Shown: positions 1 to 10,951 of the stretch, one piece after another
How positions within the stretch are numbered: position 1 is the first letter of the stretch
How the letters are laid out: each line of letters starts with the position of its first letter
Assembly (NCBI GenBank): GCA_963712275.1
Contig: CAVQHD010000001.1
Location: forward strand, 1,152,001 to 1,216,000
DNA length: 64,000 nucleotides
From: an uncultured Rhabdochlamydiaceae bacterium
GTDB taxonomy: Bacteria > Chlamydiota > Chlamydiia > Chlamydiales > Rhabdochlamydiaceae
Direction: 5' to 3'
Position numbers and translations under genes: made by a program
The notes under the pieces: model-generated
Databases searched by the model: none
What the model saw: the letters and a program-made list of their open reading frames with translations, nothing else
What the model was told of the DNA's origin: nothing

Positions 1-1106
1 ACATTAAAATTTTTGCAACTGCACGATTTGAAAAACAGCATCTGAATCGGTACCTTCTAGGAATGAAGAAGGAAGAAAAAAATCTTCACGGGTATCTTCT
101 TCGATTAAAATTTGTGCAAGGCCTTTCCATCACCTTCCTCATGATTGGGATGATCGGACTCCTCTTCTACACTCATCAACAGGGATGGATTACGCTGGGA
201 GACTTTGCTCTTGTGCTGACGCTCACAACAGGCATTGTCGACGAAACGTTTTACCTTGCCCTTCAGCTCGTCGAATGGATCGAAGAGATTGGCCTTGCAA
301 GGCAAGCCCTTTCTGTTTTTTCAGAATGTCAAGAAGAGGAATCAGATAACCTCCCGCCTCTTCAAGTAACCCAGGGAGGAATTATTTTAGATCAAGTGAC
401 GTTTTTCTACACCCCATTCAAGCCCATCTTTCATAACCTCTCCCTTCAGATTTTACCAGGGCAAAAGGTGGGGATCGTCGGGCTCTCTGGGAGCGGCAAA
501 TCGACGCTTGCCCATCTTCTCCTTCGTCTCTACGAAGTGACCTCTGGAAAAATCTTGATTGACGGACAAAATATTGCCGAGATGTCCAAGGAGTCTGTTG
601 CAGCCCAAATAGGCATGATCCCTCAAGAGCCGTACCTCTTTCACAGATCTATTTATGAGAATATTCAGTATGGAAAGATCCATGCACCCCGAGAAGAGGT
701 GATTGCAGCAGCTCAAAAGGCGCGGTGCCACGACTTTATCATAGCTCTTCCTCAGGGGTACGACACCCTCGTCGGGGAGCGGGGAGTGAAGCTTTCCGGG
801 GGACAAAGGCAGCGGCTCGCCATTGCAAGAGCCTTTTTAAAAGATAGCCCTATCCTCATTCTGGACGAAGCAACGTCGGCTCTCGACTCCATCACGGAAG
901 GAGAGATTCAGCAAAGTCTGGCGCTTTTGATGGAAGGAAGGACAACACTTGTCATTGCACACCGTCTATCAACCCTTTCCTTAATGGATCAGATTCTCGT
1001 CATGGAACACGGGAAAATCATCGAGCAGGGACCCCACGATGATCTTCTACAGCTCCAAGGGAAGTATGCTAAGCTCTGGGGGCTGCAATCAGGGGCTTTG
1101 TCTTGA
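1..1106 (+). CDS. ABC transporter ATP-binding/permease (ABCB/MsbA-like), 5'-truncated by the window edge
   Basis: Walker A GLSGSGKST, signature LSGGQRQR, Walker B ILILDEATS, TM segments at the N-terminus; frame stays open back to base 3. Confidence 0.93.
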   Translation, partial: IKIFATARFEKQHLNRYLLGMKKEEKNLHGYLLRLKFVQGLSITFLMIGMIGLLFYTHQQGWITLGDFALVLTLTTGIVDETFYLALQLVEWIEEIGLARQALSVFSECQEEESDNLPPLQVTQGGIILDQVTFFYTPFKPIFHNLSLQILPGQKVGIVGLSGSGKSTLAHLLLRLYEVTSGKILIDGQNIAEMSKESVAAQIGMIPQEPYLFHRSIYENIQYGKIHAPREEVIAAAQKARCHDFIIALPQGYDTLVGERGVKLSGGQRQRLAIARAFLKDSPILILDEATSALDSITEGEIQQSLALLMEGRTTLVIAHRLSTLSLMDQILVMEHGKIIEQGPHDDLLQLQGKYAKLWGLQSGALS

Positions 1107-1165
1107 CACTTAAGTTGATATATTATAGTATCTAAATTAAATAGAAAGATATAGTATAACATATC
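1103..1165 (+). promoter_or_regulatory. Putative sigma70-type promoter and operator of hipBA
   Basis: TTGACA (1103-1108), 17 nt, TAGTAT (1126-1131); dyads GATA-N8-TATC (1117-1132) and GATAT-N8-ATATC (1148-1165). Confidence 0.45.
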
Positions 1166-1477
1166 ATGCTTGATTCCATCCAAGAAATTGCTGCCATGAT
1201 CAAGTCTGCACGTGAAAAAAAGGGACTTAGCCAGAGAGCGCTCAGCGCTAAGGTAGGGATCCCGCAAAGTCACATTTCCAAGATTGAACAGGGAATGGTC
1301 GATCTACAAACATCAAGTCTTATACAGATTGCGCGTGCGCTCGATTTAGAGCTTGTACTAGTCTCCCGCACCCATCTATCGACTGTCCAAGCGATCCAAA
1401 ACGCTTCTTATACCTCAAAAGCCATTCCAATGTATCGACTAAGTAACGAAGAGAAAGACGATGATAGCCAGACCTAA
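1166..1477 (+). CDS. hipB: XRE-family HTH antitoxin (HipB-like)
   Basis: HTH_3 pattern GLSQRALSAKVGIPQSHISKIEQG; overlaps the start of hipA. Confidence 0.85.
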   Translation: MLDSIQEIAAMIKSAREKKGLSQRALSAKVGIPQSHISKIEQGMVDLQTSSLIQIARALDLELVLVSRTHLSTVQAIQNASYTSKAIPMYRLSNEEKDDDSQT

Positions 1478-2693
1478 TGTTGACCTTCTTAGAGTTCTTC
1501 TTTATAACAAACCCATTGGTATTCTGACTCGTCTGCCTGGAGATAAGAACTTATTTGCCTTTGAAGAAGGGTACATCAACAACCCTTCTCGTCCTATTCT
1601 CAGCCTATCTTTTAAGGATGCTTTAGGGGACCTCATTACAGATATAAAAATTACACGAACGCGCCTTCCGCCGTTTTTTGCCAACCTTCTGCCTGAAGGA
1701 CCCCTGCGGGAATATCTTGCACAGCGAGCAAACATCAATCCCCAACATGAATTCTTCCTGCTTTGGGTTCTTGGGCAAGATTTGCCTGGAGCTCTTACAA
1801 CTCAACCTGCCAATAGTCATGAATTGCCTGCTGAGTCTAATACTGTAAGATTGAAAAGTAAAAAAAACAAAGATTCTCCCTTACGATTTTCGTTGGCTGG
1901 AGTACAACTGAAATTTTCAGCCACTCAGAAAGCGGGCCATGGTTTGACCATTCCTGCCAATGGAGTGGGCGGGGAATGGATCGTAAAGCTTCCTCATGCT
2001 GAATTCCAAGGAGTCCCCGAGAATGAATATACGATAATGGAATTAGCAAGAATGGTAGGTATCGACGTTCCTGAGATCGCTTTATATCCAATCGAAGAAA
2101 TACAAGGATTGCCTCGAGATCTTCAGTTTCGAGGAAACAATGTTTTTGCAATCAAGAGATTTGATCGGACCCCTACCGGAGATCGAATTCATGTCGAGGA
2201 TTTCGCGCAGGTATTTGGAGTCTATCCTGAAAAAAAATACACAAATGCAAGCTATCATAATATAGCAGAAGTCGTATGGAAAGAGACTGGAGAGAAGGGT
2301 ATTGTAGAATTTATTCGACGTTTTGCTTTTAATGCGTTGATTGGAAACGGAGACATGCACCTCAAAAATTGGTCTTTCATTTACAAGGAAAAGAATAAAG
2401 TTGCATTAGCGCCTGCCTATGATTTTGTTTCTACAATTCTTTATCTTCCAGGAGATAATCTCGCTTTAAATTTCCTGGACAGCAAGGATTTTGGATCTCT
2501 CACAGTCGCTCAATTTAAGCGTTTTGCTGGGAAAGCGAAACTTCCTGAAAAGTTGGTTTTGGATACAGTGCAAGAAACAGCTGAGGCTTTTGCATCAGCT
2601 TGGAAAACAATCAAAGATCTTCCTCTCAAGCAAGAAGCTCAGAAAGTTATATTGAAACACCTCAAAGGCGTTCCTTTCTGGAATTCTGTCTAG
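1461..2693 (+). CDS. hipA: HipA-family Ser/Thr kinase toxin
   Basis: LPPFFANLLPEG, FSLAGVQLKFS, GNGDMHLKNWS and LAPAYDFV motifs. Confidence 0.95.
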   Translation: MIARPNVDLLRVLLYNKPIGILTRLPGDKNLFAFEEGYINNPSRPILSLSFKDALGDLITDIKITRTRLPPFFANLLPEGPLREYLAQRANINPQHEFFLLWVLGQDLPGALTTQPANSHELPAESNTVRLKSKKNKDSPLRFSLAGVQLKFSATQKAGHGLTIPANGVGGEWIVKLPHAEFQGVPENEYTIMELARMVGIDVPEIALYPIEEIQGLPRDLQFRGNNVFAIKRFDRTPTGDRIHVEDFAQVFGVYPEKKYTNASYHNIAEVVWKETGEKGIVEFIRRFAFNALIGNGDMHLKNWSFIYKEKNKVALAPAYDFVSTILYLPGDNLALNFLDSKDFGSLTVAQFKRFAGKAKLPEKLVLDTVQETAEAFASAWKTIKDLPLKQEAQKVILKHLKGVPFWNSV

Positions 2694-2695
2694 AT

Positions 2696-3835
2696 TCAAA
2701 GCTCTTGGCAAAACTGCTCGAAAGCGGGGTCATGCCGGATAGGATCAAAGGTGGGCTCCAGAAGGATTTCGGTAAGGTTTTCGAGTCCATTTTGCTTTGC
2801 AGTTTGCAGCCAGCCGACAGCTCCCTCTGCTTGATGCAGGTGGGCGGCTGCATAGGCGTTTCGCAGGGCAACCTCCGCAAGGGGGTAGAGTTGGAAGACG
2901 GCGGCTCCAATTGCAGAAATAATCGAATCGTCTTGAAAGTCAAAAGCAAGCCGGTGCAAAAGAAGGAGAGTCGGCGGGTCTAAGCGCTCTTGAAGTGGTT
3001 TTAGAAGATCGTAGGCGGCTTGCGGCTCTCCTTTATCATCGAGAATCAGCGCTGTGTATTGCGTAGCGACATCGTAGAGCATCCCTTCGCCAGTGGCTTT
3101 TCTCACGGCCTGAAAAGCAGCTAGCGCCTGTTCTTTGTGCCCTTCTCGAAAAAGGATTTCCGCACTCATGAGCGCTGCTTTAAGCTCTTCTTTTCTGTCG
3201 CTTTGGCGGATATTGCGGCTTTTGCGAAAGTTGTCAAAGTTTTCAAAGGCAAAGAGGAAAAAGATCGCTCCAGCAAGAAAGTTCTGTGTCACAAAAAGCC
3301 CCATGCTAGCAGCCACTGCAAAGAGGCCGCTGATTAAAAACGTATACCGCACTCCTTTAAAGTCGAGCCATTTTTCAAGCCCAATGCGAAGCAGTTGTCC
3401 TCCATCGAGGGGAAGCACTGGCATCAGATTGATGAGGGTCCAGAAAATATTGACAAGGCTGATTTCAAGTAAAATGGTTTGAGCGAGTGGAGAAGCAAAG
3501 ATAGAAAGAGGGCGAAGAAAGACTGCAGTAAATCCTAAAATGAGTCCAAAAGCAGGACCATCGAGTGTGATGAGAAATTGCTTCCAAAAGGGGAGTTTAT
3601 CTCCATCGTGGTATGTCAGTCCTCCCATCGCGACCAGCTCAATCCGGGGATGGCGGCCAAAGAGTAAAGCGGTAAGTGCATGGCCAAACTCATGAAAGAG
3701 GACAGAGACAAAAATAATAGCCATCCATAGGAGTGTCTGCACCAGATTTCCTTGAGCCAAAAGGAGAGAGAGGAGGCTTGTAAAAATCCAATAGGCGGGG
3801 GAAATCGTAATGGGGATTTTTCCTGGAATTCTCAT
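2696..3835 (-). CDS. Site-2 protease (M50) with TPR-like C-terminus
   Basis: HEFGH zinc motif, [11 protein letters not shown], several TM helices. Confidence 0.88.
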   Translation of the reverse strand: MRIPGKIPITISPAYWIFTSLLSLLLAQGNLVQTLLWMAIIFVSVLFHEFGHALTALLFGRHPRIELVAMGGLTYHDGDKLPFWKQFLITLDGPAFGLILGFTAVFLRPLSIFASPLAQTILLEISLVNIFWTLINLMPVLPLDGGQLLRIGLEKWLDFKGVRYTFLISGLFAVAASMGLFVTQNFLAGAIFFLFAFENFDNFRKSRNIRQSDRKEELKAALMSAEILFREGHKEQALAAFQAVRKATGEGMLYDVATQYTALILDDKGEPQAAYDLLKPLQERLDPPTLLLLHRLAFDFQDDSIISAIGAAVFQLYPLAEVALRNAYAAAHLHQAEGAVGWLQTAKQNGLENLTEILLEPTFDPIRHDPAFEQFCQEL

Positions 3836-4707
3836 GATTGCAAGGCTTTTAACATGGTTTGACCCAAAAGGGCTGGTGATTCAGCGATATGAACTCCTGC
3901 TCTTTTCAGAGCCTCGATCTTATCTTGCGCCGCCCCTTTTCCGCCAGAGACAATTGCTCCTGCATGCCCCATTCGGCGTCCGGGAGGGGCTGTAACTCCT
4001 GCAATAAAAGCCGCAACCGGCTTCTGGCAATGTTTTTGAATCCACTCTGCCGCCTCTTCCTCCGCGCTTCCTCCAATTTCTCCAATCAATAAAATCCCTT
4101 CGGTTTGAGGATCTTTGACAAACAGCTTTAAGATATCGATAAAGTTAGTTCCATTGAGAGGATCTCCTCCAATTCCAACACACGTCGATTGACCCAGCGA
4201 AAGCTCAGAGGTTTGCCAAACAGCTTCATAGGTGAGCGTCCCCGAGCGAGAGACGATTCCGACTTTTCCTCTTTGGTGAATATATCCCGGCATGATCCCA
4301 ATTTTACACTCTCCTGGCGTGATGATACCAGGGCAGTTCGGTCCAATGAGCCGGCTCCGTTTAGACTGCCGCATCACACGGCTGACCTCAATCATATCGC
4401 GAACAGGGATCCCTTCTGTAATGCAAATGATGAGAGGAATGCCTGCGTCCTCAGCCTCTAAGATCGCGTTTGCGGCAAAAGGAGCTGGCACAAAGATCAT
4501 CGTCGCATCGGGCCTTACCGCTTTGCACGCTTCATCGACGGTATCAAAGACGGGAAGGTTAAGGATTTGCTGCCCCCCTTTGCCAGGGGTGACTCCACCG
4601 ACAAAATGGGATCCGTAGAGGATGCATTGCTCCGTATGGAAACGGCCTGCTTTCCCAGAAATCCCTTGTGTGATGACACGCGTCTTTTTATTAACGAGAA
4701 TGCCCAT
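3832..4707 (-). CDS. sucD: Succinyl-CoA synthetase alpha subunit
   Basis: [27 protein letters not shown]. Confidence 0.97.
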   Translation of the reverse strand: MGILVNKKTRVITQGISGKAGRFHTEQCILYGSHFVGGVTPGKGGQQILNLPVFDTVDEACKAVRPDATMIFVPAPFAANAILEAEDAGIPLIICITEGIPVRDMIEVSRVMRQSKRSRLIGPNCPGIITPGECKIGIMPGYIHQRGKVGIVSRSGTLTYEAVWQTSELSLGQSTCVGIGGDPLNGTNFIDILKLFVKDPQTEGILLIGEIGGSAEEEAAEWIQKHCQKPVAAFIAGVTAPPGRRMGHAGAIVSGGKGAAQDKIEALKRAGVHIAESPALLGQTMLKALQS

Positions 4708-5863
4708 GGATTGCTTTTACCACGTTTGTCGCTGCCTCTGCTAAGGTGTCGACGGTTGTAATTTTAAGTCCTGACTTGTGAAGCATCGCCTTCCCTTCTT
4801 CGACATGCGTCCCTTCCATGCGAACCACCAGGGGGATTTGCAGCGGTTTGTGCCTGAGCGCGGTTAAAATCCCCTCTGCAATGGTCGAGCAGTTCATGAT
4901 ACCGCCGAAAATATTGACGAGAATTGCTTTCACATGGGGGTCGGAGACCAAGATCTCAAAGCCCGCGGCAATCTTTTCGGCCGTTGCGCTTCCGCCGACG
5001 TCGAGAAAGTTCGCCGGTTTTCCTCCAGCAAATTGAATGATGTCCATCGTGGCCATCGCAAGCCCGGCCCCATTGACCATGCACCCAATGCTTCCGCTGA
5101 GCGCAATGTAGGCCAGATTATGTTCTTTAGCTGCCACCTCGTTTTTTGACTGCTGCGCAGGGTCGTACATGGCCGCAATCTCCGGTTGGCGGAAAAGAGC
5201 ATTGTCATCGACACTCAGCTTGGCATCGAGAGCCCAAAGATGCCCCTTCTCATCCTGCACAAGGGGATTGATCTCTAGTAGAGATCCATCTTTTTGAATG
5301 AAAACCTTAGCGACAGCCTGAGCAATTTTAATCCCCTCCTCTTGCGCGCTCCCTTTCCAACCCATGAATTTAGCAAGCCTTAAGAGGTGGTACGGCTTTA
5401 TCGTCCCATCAAGGGCAATGGAAAGGGTTAAAATCTTTTCTGGATGTTTGAGCGCGAGCTCTTCGATCTCCATTCCTCCTTCAGGGGAGGCGATCAAGAT
5501 AGGTTCTGCGCGCGTCCGGTCGATAATAGCCCCCAAGTAATACTCTTTAGCAATCTTGAGAGGAGAGGCGATGAGCACATGATGAGAGATAGCCCCTTCA
5601 GGACCTGTTTGATTATTCACCATTTTCATCCCGATTAGCTGCTCGGAGATTTGCACAAGTTCTTCGGGAGACTTCCCAAACTTGACCCCTCCTGCTTTCC
5701 CCCTTCCTCCTGCGTGCACTTGGATTTTGACAACCCCCTCTTTCAGGTGAAGATCGCGAATCACTTTTTCAGCTTCCGCCCGGCTTGCCGCGATTCCAAA
5801 AGGGGGGATGGGGACCCCTTCGCTCATTAAAATTAATTTAGCTTGGTATTCATGGAGGTTCAT
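4691..5863 (-). CDS. sucC: Succinyl-CoA synthetase beta subunit
   Basis: Starts MNLHEYQAK at ATG 5863; [27 protein letters not shown]. Confidence 0.97.
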   Translation of the reverse strand: MNLHEYQAKLILMSEGVPIPPFGIAASRAEAEKVIRDLHLKEGVVKIQVHAGGRGKAGGVKFGKSPEELVQISEQLIGMKMVNNQTGPEGAISHHVLIASPLKIAKEYYLGAIIDRTRAEPILIASPEGGMEIEELALKHPEKILTLSIALDGTIKPYHLLRLAKFMGWKGSAQEEGIKIAQAVAKVFIQKDGSLLEINPLVQDEKGHLWALDAKLSVDDNALFRQPEIAAMYDPAQQSKNEVAAKEHNLAYIALSGSIGCMVNGAGLAMATMDIIQFAGGKPANFLDVGGSATAEKIAAGFEILVSDPHVKAILVNIFGGIMNCSTIAEGILTALRHKPLQIPLVVRMEGTHVEEGKAMLHKSGLKITTVDTLAEAATNVVKAIHGHSR

Positions 5864-5947
5864 CCTATTTCTTAAATACCATTTCTCGTCAAAAGAGAAA
5901 AGAATTATTGAAGCAAAAGAATCGCTCGTCATAAAATCAATTCCCAT

Positions 5948-6817
5948 ATGGCTGCTACTGTTATAAAAGATGCATGTTTACACGAAGGAACAAACTGGGA
6001 TATTACCATTCCTTCTCAAGCGCTTGCTCCGAGGGGATCTGTTTATTGTGAATCAAAGAATGCAGGAGATGTTTCAGAACTCTTTTCATTGAGCCAAAAA
6101 GTGGCTCAGTTTTGGGAACATCAATGGGCGAGAAAAGGGTGGGGTGCTAATTATTTCTTTTATACCTCTTCCCAAGAAAAAGGGTGGGAGATAGTTCCCT
6201 ACCCGCCCTCGTATCCGTCTGGGTATGCGGAAAAAATAAAAGCTTGGATTTTACAATTTCAAGTGACGGCGGCCGTTGTTTTTGGCAAGTTTTCGCGCAC
6301 GTCGGAGGTGGATCCGTCATTTAAGAAAAAGTTTCAATCGTTTCAGGTTCAATCACCTTCCACAAAGGTCCAACAGATTGCAACCGATGCTTTTTGTGAC
6401 GAGCGGGTGATCAATTCTCAAGGAATTTGGGAAGGAACCCATATTCAGGTTCTTTATAACTACAAACCCCTTGGAAAAGAAGGGCTTCATTTCTTACTGG
6501 TCACAAAAGAGCATAAGGAACGATTCACAGAACTCTCCTTAGAAGAGTTTCAAGAAAAGGAGCGACTTGCAGCAGCCTTAATCAAGTATTACTCTGGTTA
6601 TACCTGGTACCGGTACCATAAAACAGGCCGCTTAGCAGGGCAATCAGAGCCCCATTTTCATGAGCATGTTGTTTTCGTCCAGCCGCAAGATGAATTTTGG
6701 AGTAAACTCTCTCTTTTTGTGCGCATGATATTTCCCAGCTGGCCTCTCCATCCCACAGAACTGGCAAAAAGAGTGAAGCATCTTAAAGAAATCCTTAACT
6801 TTCCCAGGAGGAAGTAG
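5948..6817 (+). CDS. HIT-family nucleotide hydrolase with N-terminal extension
   Basis: HFLLVTKEH and AGQSEPHFHEHVV (HxHxH triad). Confidence 0.8.
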   Translation: MAATVIKDACLHEGTNWDITIPSQALAPRGSVYCESKNAGDVSELFSLSQKVAQFWEHQWARKGWGANYFFYTSSQEKGWEIVPYPPSYPSGYAEKIKAWILQFQVTAAVVFGKFSRTSEVDPSFKKKFQSFQVQSPSTKVQQIATDAFCDERVINSQGIWEGTHIQVLYNYKPLGKEGLHFLLVTKEHKERFTELSLEEFQEKERLAAALIKYYSGYTWYRYHKTGRLAGQSEPHFHEHVVFVQPQDEFWSKLSLFVRMIFPSWPLHPTELAKRVKHLKEILNFPRRK

Positions 6818-8313
6818 TGCATTTATACCAAGTAGGTCAATTTATTTACAGCCGTGGATCTCAATGGGTCTCCTATATTGTTTCCAAGCTTCCATCGAGA
6901 TATCAAATCCTAGGAGCCTTTGCTGTATCTGCGATTGTAAAAGTTGCAATCGATCGACTCCGTAGCAGGGACAGCACGAATGGTGTTGGCTTAAAGAGTG
7001 AGCCAAAGATACCAGCGATGACTCAAGAGATGAGGACTGTGGTTCAGCGAGTTAATAATTTTTCCTCCATGATGTACCAACAATATGCGAGTGTAAAAAA
7101 AGATAAAAATTTTCTCTTTTTGAGTCCTAACCTGTTAGCAATCCTCTCTTTAATCTATGCTGTGGCACCGGCACCCTTGAAACAGACATTTGCAAAAGAA
7201 TTTCACATTGATGATCAATTTACGGAAGAGATGTTGCATCAGGGGCTCCAAAGGTACAACAATTCCCTAGAAGATAGAGCTGAAAAAACTAAAGAGCAAA
7301 ATCAGGGTCTTCTTAGCACATTTGTTCAAACGGTGCAAAAAGTGAGAAAAAAGTCGACAGAGTTGATTTACCAGGTTGCTCATGCGGTAGCCCTTCGAAC
7401 AGACACTATTGCAAATGAAGAAGCTTTCCGTAAGGTAGCGTTTTATCAACCTGAAGCCATTGTTTTTACCTCTGCGGAAGAGGCCGAGCAAAAAGCGAAT
7501 GCATGGATAGAACAGAAGACAGAGGGGAAAATTAAGGATTTAGTGAAAAATTTAAATCCTGAAACAGTCTGCATCTTCATAACGACCTCCATTTTTGGCG
7601 GTCAGTGGGTCTACCCTTTCAATGCAAGAGAAACCCAAAGGAAGAACTTCTACAATTTCGATGGGAGTATCTCTTCTGTGGAGACGATGAGTAGGGGAAC
7701 GGATGAGATACGTCATGATGTTTTTAGCAGTGGGTCATTAAGCTCCAGATTCGATATTCTAGAGTTGCCCTTTCATGGCCAGGTTTCAATGGTGATCGCA
7801 AGGCCCATTCGACCGCGTGATTATGTAGGGTTTGTAGGGCTTTTTAGTTACGAGAATTATATAAATAGCCTAATGGAGGAAGGGAATTTTCAGGAGCTGA
7901 TGGACTTTATAGCTTCTCCTAACTTCAAAAAACGGAAAGCATTAATCATTGAGGTTCCCAAATTTACCTCTGAAGATGAAACGGATTTGTTAAAGGATTT
8001 TGAAAACTGGGAGTTAATGAAGAGTGTTAAAGGTGCAAATTTTAACGGCTCTTTAGTCACCGTGAAAAATAATCCTCGTCCGATTCGGGTAGATAAAATC
8101 GTCTCTCGGACCCTCTTTAAAATGGACGAAAATGGAGTTGAAATCGCTGCAGCAGCGTATAGCCCCACAGGCCTCCAATCATGCGATCCCGAATGTAAAA
8201 TCAACTCTCCTTTTCTCTACTTTTTCTACGATCAGAAAACCCAAACGGTTTTTGGCTGCGGACGGGTATTAAAACTCGAAGGATCTGAAGGCCAGCCATT
8301 CAAAAGGTATTGA
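6817..8313 (+). CDS. Serpin-family protein with N-terminal hydrophobic extension
   Basis: NAWIEQKTEGKIKDL, FGGQWVYPF, ILELPF, VPKF, hinge DENGVEIAAAA, INSPFLYFF. Confidence 0.92.
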   Translation: MHLYQVGQFIYSRGSQWVSYIVSKLPSRYQILGAFAVSAIVKVAIDRLRSRDSTNGVGLKSEPKIPAMTQEMRTVVQRVNNFSSMMYQQYASVKKDKNFLFLSPNLLAILSLIYAVAPAPLKQTFAKEFHIDDQFTEEMLHQGLQRYNNSLEDRAEKTKEQNQGLLSTFVQTVQKVRKKSTELIYQVAHAVALRTDTIANEEAFRKVAFYQPEAIVFTSAEEAEQKANAWIEQKTEGKIKDLVKNLNPETVCIFITTSIFGGQWVYPFNARETQRKNFYNFDGSISSVETMSRGTDEIRHDVFSSGSLSSRFDILELPFHGQVSMVIARPIRPRDYVGFVGLFSYENYINSLMEEGNFQELMDFIASPNFKKRKALIIEVPKFTSEDETDLLKDFENWELMKSVKGANFNGSLVTVKNNPRPIRVDKIVSRTLFKMDENGVEIAAAAYSPTGLQSCDPECKINSPFLYFFYDQKTQTVFGCGRVLKLEGSEGQPFKRY

Positions 8314-8320
8314 CGGAGCA

Positions 8321-9100
8321 GTGGTTTCATTCCCAACGTGGTTGATCTCATTTGCAGAAAAAATTCCTGTTTTTGACAGCAGTCAAACGGAAGAGGTTGT
8401 CCGTTGTTTTAATCAGCAAAGCAAAACCGACGATTATTGGCCTGAAGAGAGGCTTAAACGATGGGAGCTTAGAAAGGCTCAGCCGAAAGGGTACGAAAAC
8501 GAAGATCCTCATGACAGCTGGTTTCCGATTTCTTTTGATGAGAATGGAGAAATTTCTTCCGGCGAAATCTCCCAACAATATAGATATGCCCACAACTATC
8601 CTGTTTTAAAAGAGGCGGCTGAAGTAGCTGCTCAGACTCTTGCAAAAAAGATGCACTGGGAAAACCAAACCCATCTCATGGGTATCTCTTTTGTTCAGCA
8701 TCAAATGATGCCAGGGCAAGAATACAAAATGGATTTTCACCAAGACGATAGTCGATACACATTTGTCATTCTTTTAAACGATGAGAAGGGCTGGCGCGGA
8801 GGGGACTTGCGGTTTCGCTCCCTTTCTTATCAATGGATTCAGCAGACGGTCCATTACCAACAAGGGTACGGGATTCTCTTTGCAAATGAAGGAAAGCAGC
8901 ATGCATTTACGACGATGACCTCCCTCTCTTCGCAGATGGTCGATAGAACAATCCTGACAATTCATGAGAAGCCCCCTCCAATTTCTGAATCTTCACAGCA
9001 AAAGACTGCTGGAAGAATAAGAGCTTTGTGGGCAGCCTTTTTAAGGCAAATTCGAGCGTATTTAGTGCAACGCTTGAATATATTGAGCAATTCCTTCTAA
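8321..9100 (+). CDS. 2OG-Fe(II) oxygenase
   Basis: FHQDD (HxD), GGDLRF, distal H in KQHAF and R in VDRTIL. Confidence 0.8.
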   Translation: MVSFPTWLISFAEKIPVFDSSQTEEVVRCFNQQSKTDDYWPEERLKRWELRKAQPKGYENEDPHDSWFPISFDENGEISSGEISQQYRYAHNYPVLKEAAEVAAQTLAKKMHWENQTHLMGISFVQHQMMPGQEYKMDFHQDDSRYTFVILLNDEKGWRGGDLRFRSLSYQWIQQTVHYQQGYGILFANEGKQHAFTTMTSLSSQMVDRTILTIHEKPPPISESSQQKTAGRIRALWAAFLRQIRAYLVQRLNILSNSF

Positions 9101-9649
9101 GAACATTTGGATCGATATCATCGTCAAAATGAGCCCCATTAATTTCTCGCAAGCGAGGATGCCCCGTTTGCCTAGAATTTTATTGAGGAGAGCTGAAGTG
9201 AGAAGAATCACAGTTGAGATAGCCCAAGCAATGACAATGGCGGCAAGTGTTAAAAAGGTCTGCGGTTCTTGCCTTGCATAGAGCATAATTGCAGCAAGGA
9301 CAGCGGGGCCGGCAACGAGGGGAATCGCAAGGGGGACGATAAAGGGTTCTTTTGCTACCGGGACCTCAACATCGGTTTTAGAAGGAAAGATCATTTTTAA
9401 AGCGATAAGAAATAAAACAATGCCTCCTGAGATGAGAACGGCATATTGGGTCACGTGAAGAGCAGTGAGAAGTATATCCCCCACAAAATGAAACCCCACC
9501 ATGATGCAAAGAGCGATGAGAAGCTCTCTCAAGATAATCTGAAATTGTCTTTTAGAGGGAACTTCTTTTAAAGCAGAGATGAAAAGGGGGATGTTCCCAA
9601 TCGGGTCCATCAGTAAGAAGAGAGAGAATGCCATCGAAATCAGTGACAT
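9062..9649 (-). CDS. MarC-family membrane protein
   Basis: LMDPIGNIPLF, PLAIPLVAGPA, six hydrophobic segments. Confidence 0.93.
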   Translation of the reverse strand: MSLISMAFSLFLLMDPIGNIPLFISALKEVPSKRQFQIILRELLIALCIMVGFHFVGDILLTALHVTQYAVLISGGIVLFLIALKMIFPSKTDVEVPVAKEPFIVPLAIPLVAGPAVLAAIMLYARQEPQTFLTLAAIVIAWAISTVILLTSALLNKILGKRGILACEKLMGLILTMISIQMFLEGIAQYIQALH

Positions 9650-9684
9650 AATCCTTATCTATATCACAAGAGTGGAATAGGAAC

Positions 9685-10692
9685 CTATCCCGAAAATCGA
9701 CTGAAACTTTTTATCGGGATAGATTCAGATTCTAGGCGGATGGAGGAGGCAATCGATTCGATCTGCTGTTTTAAAAGGGGAGAAAGAGGAGTTAAAAAGA
9801 GAAGACAGTCATGGTTTTTCCGAAAGGCCGCCTCTGTCCAATTTGTCGATCCTAAAATCAACTGTTTTTCATCGATATAGGCCCATTTATGGTGCAGTAA
9901 GGGGAGTCCTGAGCTTAAGAGGATTTCAACCCCTGCTTCTAAAAGTTTTTTAACGCTTTTTTGACTTGCGCCTCGGGCAGTGTACCGATCGAGCGCAAGC
10001 GTCACAGAGACCCCTCGTCTGTGTGCTCTGATCAGCGCATCTAAAAGATCGGTTTGCGTTAGGGTAAACATCGCAATGAAAATCGAAGAGTTAGCAGAGT
10101 CAACCTGATTTTCAAGTTCTGAGAGAGCATTTAAGTCGGGAAGAAGCCATAGAAGCGCTTGAATCGGGGGAGTCCCAATTTGAAAAGAGTAGTTGCCGTG
10201 AGATCCTGACTGTAAAAACTGCGCAACACCGCTGTGATAGAGTCCAATCGAGAGGTTATCGTGCAACTGCAAGGAAGAGGAGGTCATGTTGGCAGAGCCT
10301 AAAAAAACTGTTGCACCATCGATCACGACAATTTTTCGATGCATAAGCCCTTTGCTTTTTAGAGCCCTTGCATGAAGAGAGTCTGGAAGGGAAGGAGTCC
10401 CGCTCCGCTTGTCAAAGTGAAGGGTGACATGAACGCCTTCATCGGCTTTCTTTTGGAGGTGGCGGAGAAGCAGGGGGTCTGTCGCAGCATACATCCAAAG
10501 GGTCATTGCCTGAGTGGCTGCAGCAAAGCTTTTTTTGAGAACTAAACGAAAGTCGTCCCGCTTTTGATTGGAATATAAAATAATCGGCTTTTCAGGAGAA
10601 GGAAGATTGGGAGAAAGGGCTGCCTTAATCAGACAGCCGTAGAAGAGTGCACAGACAATAACTAAAAGAAGAAGTTTAAACCTTCTCACCAC
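9685..10692 (-). CDS. Phospholipase D-family protein with two HKD motifs; start approximate
   Basis: HRKIVVID...GSANMT and HHKWAYID...GSTNWT; probable GTG start at 10692 or 10689 ahead of a signal/TM segment. Confidence 0.9.
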   Translation of the reverse strand: MVRRFKLLLLVIVCALFYGCLIKAALSPNLPSPEKPIILYSNQKRDDFRLVLKKSFAAATQAMTLWMYAATDPLLLRHLQKKADEGVHVTLHFDKRSGTPSLPDSLHARALKSKGLMHRKIVVIDGATVFLGSANMTSSSLQLHDNLSIGLYHSGVAQFLQSGSHGNYSFQIGTPPIQALLWLLPDLNALSELENQVDSANSSIFIAMFTLTQTDLLDALIRAHRRGVSVTLALDRYTARGASQKSVKKLLEAGVEILLSSGLPLLHHKWAYIDEKQLILGSTNWTEAAFRKNHDCLLFLTPLSPLLKQQIESIASSIRLESESIPIKSFSRFSG

Positions 10693-10951
10693 GAGCGCGC
10701 ATTTGACGGACAACAGCCGGAAAACCCAGCCGATTGATGTGGCGTATGCCATGAGCAGAGACGTTCAACGTGATAAATCGCTTTTCTTCCGGATGCCAAA
10801 ACCTTTTTTTGGTCAGATTCGGATTAAAGCGGCGTCGTTTAATTCCCGTCACTTTAAGGCCGACTCCTTTTTTCTTTTTTGCAATCCCTCGAATCGCATA
10901 ACTTTTACCACGCACAGGAATTTTTCCTGTTACTTGACACTGTCTGGGCAT
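10676..10951 (-). CDS. rpmB: 50S ribosomal protein L28
   Basis: MPRQCQVTGK...RRRFNPNL...ITLNVSAHGIR. Confidence 0.96.
   Translation of the reverse strand: MPRQCQVTGKIPVRGKSYAIRGIAKKKKGVGLKVTGIKRRRFNPNLTKKRFWHPEEKRFITLNVSAHGIRHINRLGFPAVVRQMRARGEKV

Noticed and set aside
10693..10752. Long overlap of the PLD ORF with rpmB
   Set aside because: A GTG start near 10692/10689 before the signal segment gives an ordinary short overlap.
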